Of a DNA stretch of 29,870 nt, positions 24,394 to 29,870 are shown one piece after another; within the stretch, counting starts at the first letter, position 1, and the number at the start of each line of letters is the position of its first letter. Under the pieces are notes generated by a model that worked only from the letters and a program-made list of their open reading frames with translations, made no database searches and had not been told where the DNA came from. The translations under genes and the position numbers were made by a program. Source of the stretch: a virus (Duplodnaviria > Heunggongvirae > Uroviricota > Caudoviricetes); the IMG/VR virus record IMGVR_UViG_2703718835_000002, positions 1-29,870 of that record; one strand, written 5' to 3'.

Positions 24394-27300
24394 TCAGAAC
24401 GACCAGTTCACACCAGCTACCGCGTTCCACGGGGATTCCACACCGGCACTATGGCTATACCCCACCCCAAGATGCCCGCTTAACGTACTGCTGAATGAGG
24501 CTTTAATACCTGCCTGGTATATTCCACGTCTGCCCGACAAATAATTGACGAAATTACCGTCACTATTCACTTTCACCCGGTTATCATCGACAAATTCTTT
24601 GCGCACAGCCGCCTTCAGCCACGGCTCAACTTCCATACCGTTCCCCAGACGCATGTTGTAACTCAGCGTTGCGCCCAGTTCACGATATATACTGCGGGTA
24701 TCGACTGATTTCGATTTCATGCCATTGGATAAATGATATTCGGGGTTATCAGCGGTGAACCCCGTTAACGATGCATACGGCGTCAGGTTCCAGTTACCAT
24801 CGGTAAATCGCATCCCGGTTTCAATGTGACCGCCCAGCCCGTTGCTGTGGTAACTGCCATTGGCGGCTCCACCGCTGCTCATTTTACCTGCTACGTTACT
24901 TTTAAAACGGTTCAGCTTCACGACACCGTCCAGATAGAAACCACTTTCATGTTCCCAACTGGCATAGCCGCCCAGAGAATAACTGCCCACACTGCCATGT
25001 CCTCCGCGATCAAAACCGATATGTGAATGGGAATAGCCCATAAAAGCGCCTAGCGTGGTAATTCCTTCAGGAATATCATTACGGCTGTCGATCCCCACTG
25101 TCATTCCGGTCAGCGTCTGCTCAAACCCGGCACCCGCATCGGTGGTGACATTATTACGGGTGTTATACGTCGCCCCCCAGACATTATTGTTGTGTGGACT
25201 CGCTTTCATTATGTTCAACCGCTCGCGAATACTGTTTAGCTCAGCATCAAATACCAACGGTAATGTTGCTGCCATATTGAGTACGGCTGCCGTAGAAGGC
25301 GTAATGCGTTTCTCCGGAACGGGTGTCGGCGTTGGATCGGGAGTAGGGTCTGGTTTTGGATTTGGGTCTGGCTTTGGATCGGGTTTTGGGTCTGGCTTTG
25401 GATTTGGGATGGGGTCCGGGTTGGGTTTGACATCATTGGTCAGGTTCCAGTTGCTGTTGCCGTCACTTTTCAGGACATACTCATAGGTCCCAAGATCAAC
25501 GAAACCGCCGGTATTGCCCAGCGTAAACGAAGCATCCCCTCCCCCTGTTTTCACCAGCGTCATCGCGTCGTCAGACTGTGGGCTGACGCCGGTATCCTGA
25601 ACAAAGATTTTAAAATTACCAGTGGCGTTGTTGTTGACGACCAGTTGATCGCCCCGGGAGCCTGCAACGTTGGTATGCAGGTAGAAATTACCGCTACCGG
25701 AAAGTTCATTGGTTGTCAGCGTATTGTAGATACCGTTAGTTGTGGCAGGCGCTGCTGTTTGTGCTGACAAATAAACATCACCGTCGTTGAGTAGCAAACT
25801 GTTTACTCTATATTCGCAGTTGCTGGTACCTGCACAGGAATTATTGCTGTTAAGCCAGACACTGCCCCGGCTGGCAGCCGTCAGGTCGGCAAGCGTGGTA
25901 TCGACGCCATTTCCCAGAGTCAATGTCGCGCTATCGGTAATCCGGACCGCCCCTTCGAGTTTAACTGGCGTAACATTATCCCGTGGCGTCATTAACGACA
26001 GGCTTCCTGTCGCGCCACTGACCGATGCATCCGCCAGCGTACCTGCGTAGACGATTGCCGTACCGCCAGCGACCTGGAGATCTTCTGCCCGGGCCAGAGC
26101 CTGAAACTCATCTTTTGACCGCCCAAGGGTATATTGCCCGCCAGAGTTAACCTTTGTGGCGGAGTCCTGACCCAGGTTTTGCATTGCCCCACCCTTGCCA
26201 ACCGTGGAGTCGCGAGCTTCGGTACCTGCTAATACCAATAAATTACCGCCATTTTCCAGCAACATATTGGTCGCTAAATTGCCGGAAATGGAAAAAGTAC
26301 CGTACTGGTGAGTACCGCTGATTTCAATACCGTTAGCCGTGCTCGTCTGGAGAGCGGCACCGCTGTTCTGGACGATATCTGTCGCTTTGCCATTATCGTT
26401 GACTGTCAGCGTACCGCCTTCATTGATCTTTGTTTTTATTGCCTCTCCGTTAGCTGAAACTGTTTGTATTCCGCCGTCGTTAATTGTTGTCTCATTCGCC
26501 ACACCCTCGACAATTTGTTCACCGCCGGTGAGCGTCGTGCCTGTCGCAGTGGCTTTTGTTTTGACGATCTCCCGTCCGCCCATATTGACCTGTGTTTTGT
26601 CAGAAGAGGTGTCTGACTCCACGGTTAACACGCCGCCATTTGCCAGCAGGATATTGTTCGCCGCACCCTGCTCGATGCTGAACGCGACGCCATCCGCGCG
26701 TGTTCCTGTGACCCGCGTCGCCCTGGTGGTTGCAACCAAAGCGCCCTGGCTACTCTGCTGTATCCCCGTTGCGCTGCCTTTCTCCCGCACATCGAGTGTG
26801 CCGCCGTCATTAAGCACCGAGTTTTCAGCCAGACCGCCCTCATTAACTACCTGTGAACCCCCATTAATAATGGAACCTTCCGCTGTCCCGTTTGCCATAA
26901 TTTGTTGTAGGCCAGAGACGATATCGGTATTGATTGCCTTACCATAATTCTGAACGGTTTGCGTGCCACCATTGATGTGTGTTTTCTCTGTTGACCCACC
27001 ATCAACAATTTGTTCACCACTTTCGATATTTGCTTCAGTGGCTAAACCATATACCGTTTGCTTGCCACCTTTGATATTTGCTTTATCAGAAGTGGCACTG
27101 GCATATATTGTTTGGGTGCCAGCACTATTGAGTACAGTGCCAACATCTTTTCCATAAACATCCATTTTGCCGTTGGCATTAATAATCGTGTCAACTGCCC
27201 GGGAACCAGTGACGACTGTTAATGAGCCAGCGTTTTCCAGCACTACATTTTTAGCTTCTGAATTCCTGATGTAGAAAGCATCACCATAACTGTTGGTTCC

Positions 27301-28974
27301 TTCGATAAGTGTTCCGGAGGTCGTGGAAGCAATTAATGCGCCGCCGGATTGTTGCTCAACATGCTTAGCCTCACCACCGTCCTGAACCTCCAGAACGCCG
27401 CCATTATTAAGTCTGGTGCTATCTGTTTTAGCCTCCTTCTGGACAATCAGCTTACCGCCAGTATCAATGGTAGTATTTTTCGCCGAGGTTTTAGCCACTA
27501 CCGTCAGTTCGCCGGTATTTTCCAGCACAACATAATTAGCCTCCCCTCCGGTAATAGTGAAGTGAGAGAGCTTGTTGTATCCTTCGATATCAGTCCCTGC
27601 ACCCGTGTTGGCAACTAAAGCACTGCCCGTCTCCTGGTTAACCCCATGTGCAATACCGCCGGTATAGACAATCAGCGAGCCTCCGGCGCTAATATTGCTG
27701 CCAATTACCGTACCATCTTTCTCAACAACCTGCCGGCTCCCGGAGGATATAATTGTTGTGTCAGCTTTCCCGCCGCTTTTGATATTTTGCGTTCCGCTGT
27801 TGATATTGGTGCCTGTGGCTATGCCATAATTATTAATATTCTGTGTGCCACCATTAATTATGGTATTTGTCGCGTTTCCTGCAACATCCATAACCCCGCC
27901 ATTATCTATTCGGGTCGCATCAGCTTTAGCATTGGTTAAAACTGACATTGTTCCTTTATCTTTAATAATCGTCTTGTTTGCCGAACCATATGCGTTTATG
28001 TCTAAATGACCACCGTTTTCCAGCAACACATTGTCTGCCACGTGATTGTGGATGGAGAATGCACCTTCACTATTCGTACCGCTCACCGTCGTACCGTTAG
28101 TGTTAGTTTTTAAAATTGCACCATCGTGCTGGGTAACATTTGTTGCCGTACCACCACTAACATCAAGCACGCCACCAGAATAAACTTCAATAACATCCGA
28201 GGTGCTGGTGTTATCAACAATTTGCGTGCCACCAGAATAGATATGCGTATTTTTTGCCGTTGACTTACTATTCAGAGACTGAGTTCCGCCTTCAATCGTC
28301 GTGTCCAGCGCACGGCTCTCATATACTCTTTGCTCACCGCCATTTTTAATGGTTGTTGTTTCTACTGTGCTCTGTTCAACATACTGTCGACCACCATTTA
28401 TGGTTGTGTTCGTTGCCAGACTTCCTTGTACTACGTCCTGAGAGCCAGACTTATTTATCGTTGTACCATCAGCATGCCCTTGAACTTTTACTATCTGGCT
28501 ACCACCATCAATGAGTATTCCATTCGCACTCCCTCCCTCTACGCGTGAAGCACCGCCCTTAATTGTCGTTCCATTGCTGATACCCCCTTTATAAACGTCC
28601 TGATTGCCACTCTCGATTGTCGTACCTGTGGAAATACCCCCGTCATGAATTGACTGTCTGCCACCGTTAATGGTTGTATTATTAGCCTGCCCCACAAAAT
28701 TGTTATGACTTCCTATATCTTGATATCCACCAGATTCAATAAGACTTCCATTAGATACCCCGCCATGAACATTCTGCTGGCCATGGTTGATAATATGAGT
28801 GTTATTTGTTGTACCTCGTTCATCCACTTTTTGGTTGCCATCTACAGTCTCATCGTTTACCACACCAATAACATTAGTAGTGAAGGCAGCCATCCCGGGC
28901 GGGGCATATATCAAGGCAGATATCAATAAGGAAAGTACTGAGCGGCGACAATAATAGGGACTGGTCCTGTTCAT
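24394..28974 (-). CDS. ypjA: AIDA-I-type autotransporter adhesin (YpjA-like)
   Basis: Start taken at MNRTSPYY (signal peptide ..LISALIYAPPGMAAF); dozens of about 19-aa GG.Q.V..G.A..T.I repeats, Pro-rich linker, C-terminal beta-barrel ending ..GVNWSF. Confidence 0.9.
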   Translation of the reverse strand: MNRTSPYYCRRSVLSLLISALIYAPPGMAAFTTNVIGVVNDETVDGNQKVDERGTTNNTHIINHGQQNVHGGVSNGSLIESGGYQDIGSHNNFVGQANNTTINGGRQSIHDGGISTGTTIESGNQDVYKGGISNGTTIKGGASRVEGGSANGILIDGGSQIVKVQGHADGTTINKSGSQDVVQGSLATNTTINGGRQYVEQSTVETTTIKNGGEQRVYESRALDTTIEGGTQSLNSKSTAKNTHIYSGGTQIVDNTSTSDVIEVYSGGVLDVSGGTATNVTQHDGAILKTNTNGTTVSGTNSEGAFSIHNHVADNVLLENGGHLDINAYGSANKTIIKDKGTMSVLTNAKADATRIDNGGVMDVAGNATNTIINGGTQNINNYGIATGTNINSGTQNIKSGGKADTTIISSGSRQVVEKDGTVIGSNISAGGSLIVYTGGIAHGVNQETGSALVANTGAGTDIEGYNKLSHFTITGGEANYVVLENTGELTVVAKTSAKNTTIDTGGKLIVQKEAKTDSTRLNNGGVLEVQDGGEAKHVEQQSGGALIASTTSGTLIEGTNSYGDAFYIRNSEAKNVVLENAGSLTVVTGSRAVDTIINANGKMDVYGKDVGTVLNSAGTQTIYASATSDKANIKGGKQTVYGLATEANIESGEQIVDGGSTEKTHINGGTQTVQNYGKAINTDIVSGLQQIMANGTAEGSIINGGSQVVNEGGLAENSVLNDGGTLDVREKGSATGIQQSSQGALVATTRATRVTGTRADGVAFSIEQGAANNILLANGGVLTVESDTSSDKTQVNMGGREIVKTKATATGTTLTGGEQIVEGVANETTINDGGIQTVSANGEAIKTKINEGGTLTVNDNGKATDIVQNSGAALQTSTANGIEISGTHQYGTFSISGNLATNMLLENGGNLLVLAGTEARDSTVGKGGAMQNLGQDSATKVNSGGQYTLGRSKDEFQALARAEDLQVAGGTAIVYAGTLADASVSGATGSLSLMTPRDNVTPVKLEGAVRITDSATLTLGNGVDTTLADLTAASRGSVWLNSNNSCAGTSNCEYRVNSLLLNDGDVYLSAQTAAPATTNGIYNTLTTNELSGSGNFYLHTNVAGSRGDQLVVNNNATGNFKIFVQDTGVSPQSDDAMTLVKTGGGDASFTLGNTGGFVDLGTYEYVLKSDGNSNWNLTNDVKPNPDPIPNPKPDPKPDPKPDPNPKPDPTPDPTPTPVPEKRITPSTAAVLNMAATLPLVFDAELNSIRERLNIMKASPHNNNVWGATYNTRNNVTTDAGAGFEQTLTGMTVGIDSRNDIPEGITTLGAFMGYSHSHIGFDRGGHGSVGSYSLGGYASWEHESGFYLDGVVKLNRFKSNVAGKMSSGGAANGSYHSNGLGGHIETGMRFTDGNWNLTPYASLTGFTADNPEYHLSNGMKSKSVDTRSIYRELGATLSYNMRLGNGMEVEPWLKAAVRKEFVDDNRVKVNSDGNFVNYLSGRRGIYQAGIKASFSSTLSGHLGVGYSHSAGVESPWNAVAGVNWSF
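25338..25410. repeat. Tandem 24-bp repeat (about 3 copies) encoding the PKPDPKPD linker of the autotransporter
   Basis: TTGGGTCTGGCTTTGGAT occurs at 25362-25379 and 25386-25403 with a degenerate copy upstream. Confidence 0.4.
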
Positions 28975-29339
28975 AAATTTCATCCTCTGAAAAGTGAATA
29001 CTGAGTAGCGTTTAAGCGACCTTAGCTTTGCTGCAACATCAGCCCACAGGCACCAGACCAGGGGATTCATCCTGAAGAGACAGCGCAAGTGTATTGTGTT
29101 CACCGCTCATCAAAGACATCATGATGAAATGATGATATTCCGCATAAGAATGAGGCATTTTTTAAACGCAGTGCGCTGAAGTGTGGTTGGATAAAAAAGT
29201 CAATCCATTCAGGAAATACGGGCGTATTCTTTTCTTTCGACAATGAGGCCGTTGGCAAAATAAAATGATTTACATAATCGTTTCTGATGAATATCTTCTG
29301 CTCACATAAAAATCACACAATAACTTTGAGATCGCAGAT

Positions 29340-29530
29340 TGTTTTACTTTTACAGCATTCGTCCCCCCATTGTTGGGCAAATATAGATTGGGCCAGAGCA
29401 CGAAAGTTAATACCACGTTCGCACAGCTCCTCCAACAGCACGACAAGATGCCACATACTGCGCCCCAGTCGGTTCAGTTTACAGACTAGCAGTGCGTTCC
29501 CTGCCGATGATGTCCTGACCAGTTTTTTCA
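29340..29530 (-). pseudogene. pinH: Serine recombinase (DNA invertase/resolvase) fragment, frameshifted (pinH-like)
   Basis: Minus-strand translation ..[37 protein letters not shown].. matches the Gin/Hin/Pin core (..WKLDRLGRS...L...L.ERGI.F..L..SI) but is truncated, lacks the N-terminal catalytic Ser region and needs a frameshift. Confidence 0.55.
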
Positions 29531-29870
29531 GTCCGGACCTCCTGCCACGGTTTTACGTTGAAGTGGTAACCCTGAGCACGCAGTTCTTCAGTCAGGCGTG
29601 GTGCACCGTAACGCTGTTATTGCTGGGTAAGATCAAAAAACTTTCAGGCAGCTAAGGAAAGTTGAACCAGACATTAGATGAAATATTTCAACCAATTACA
29701 GCACCAATTCAGTCACTGCCAGCCCACCAAATAAATCAAGGGGTTACATGAAAACGTAGCCCCTTTTTCTTTGGTAGTGACACTAAAATGGATGTAGTGT
29801 GAAGAATAATCCCGTTTACTCAATCAATAATACATATTGTTTCAATCTACGTTAGGCTTTGTTGAATAAA

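Noticed and set aside
26339-26947. 202-aa plus-strand ORF (and other plus-strand ORFs between 24826 and 28929)
   Set aside because: Antisense to the repeat-rich autotransporter gene; the repeats create long open frames on both strands.
24394-28974. Possible CRISPR-like periodic repeats
   Set aside because: The periodicity is the 19-codon protein repeat of an autotransporter passenger domain; the repeats are imperfect and coding, with no spacer structure.
29287-29655. 122-aa plus-strand ORF
   Set aside because: Lies opposite the invertase and transposase remnants; product is a low-complexity Ser/Leu-rich peptide with no start context.

Overview
The window is almost entirely the int-proximal two-thirds of a P2/186-family temperate myovirus prophage (E. 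coli-like context) integrated at the 3' end of the tmRNA gene ssrA, followed by a chromosomal ypjA-like autotransporter and a pinH-like invertase remnant. All calls rest on reading the six-frame translations and the DNA by eye; no searches were run. Left to right: an invertible-type tail-fibre region (promoterless alternative fibre cassette, two convergent tfa genes, H); baseplate I-J-W-V; an AT-rich moron between V and S; tail completion S/R; lysis cassette (lysC/lysB/lysA/K/Y); X, L, M, N, O; divergent P and Q (terminase, portal); a small DxDGT-motif ORF; a cos-like site; a LexA-controlled DinI-family operon; rolling-circle initiator A; Dam methylase; TraR-like zinc finger and small early genes; 186-type CII, Apl, switch region, CI, integrase; then a 506-aa AT-rich cargo gene coupled to int, the ssrA-derived att core, ypjA and the pinH fragment. 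The best candidates for undescribed biology are the two AT-rich morons: the lysogen-expressed 506-aa gene at 22536-24056, which has a PD-(D/E)xK-like motif, and the 176-aa gene at 5014-5544. Coordinates of short motifs are hand-indexed and may be off by 1-2 nt.
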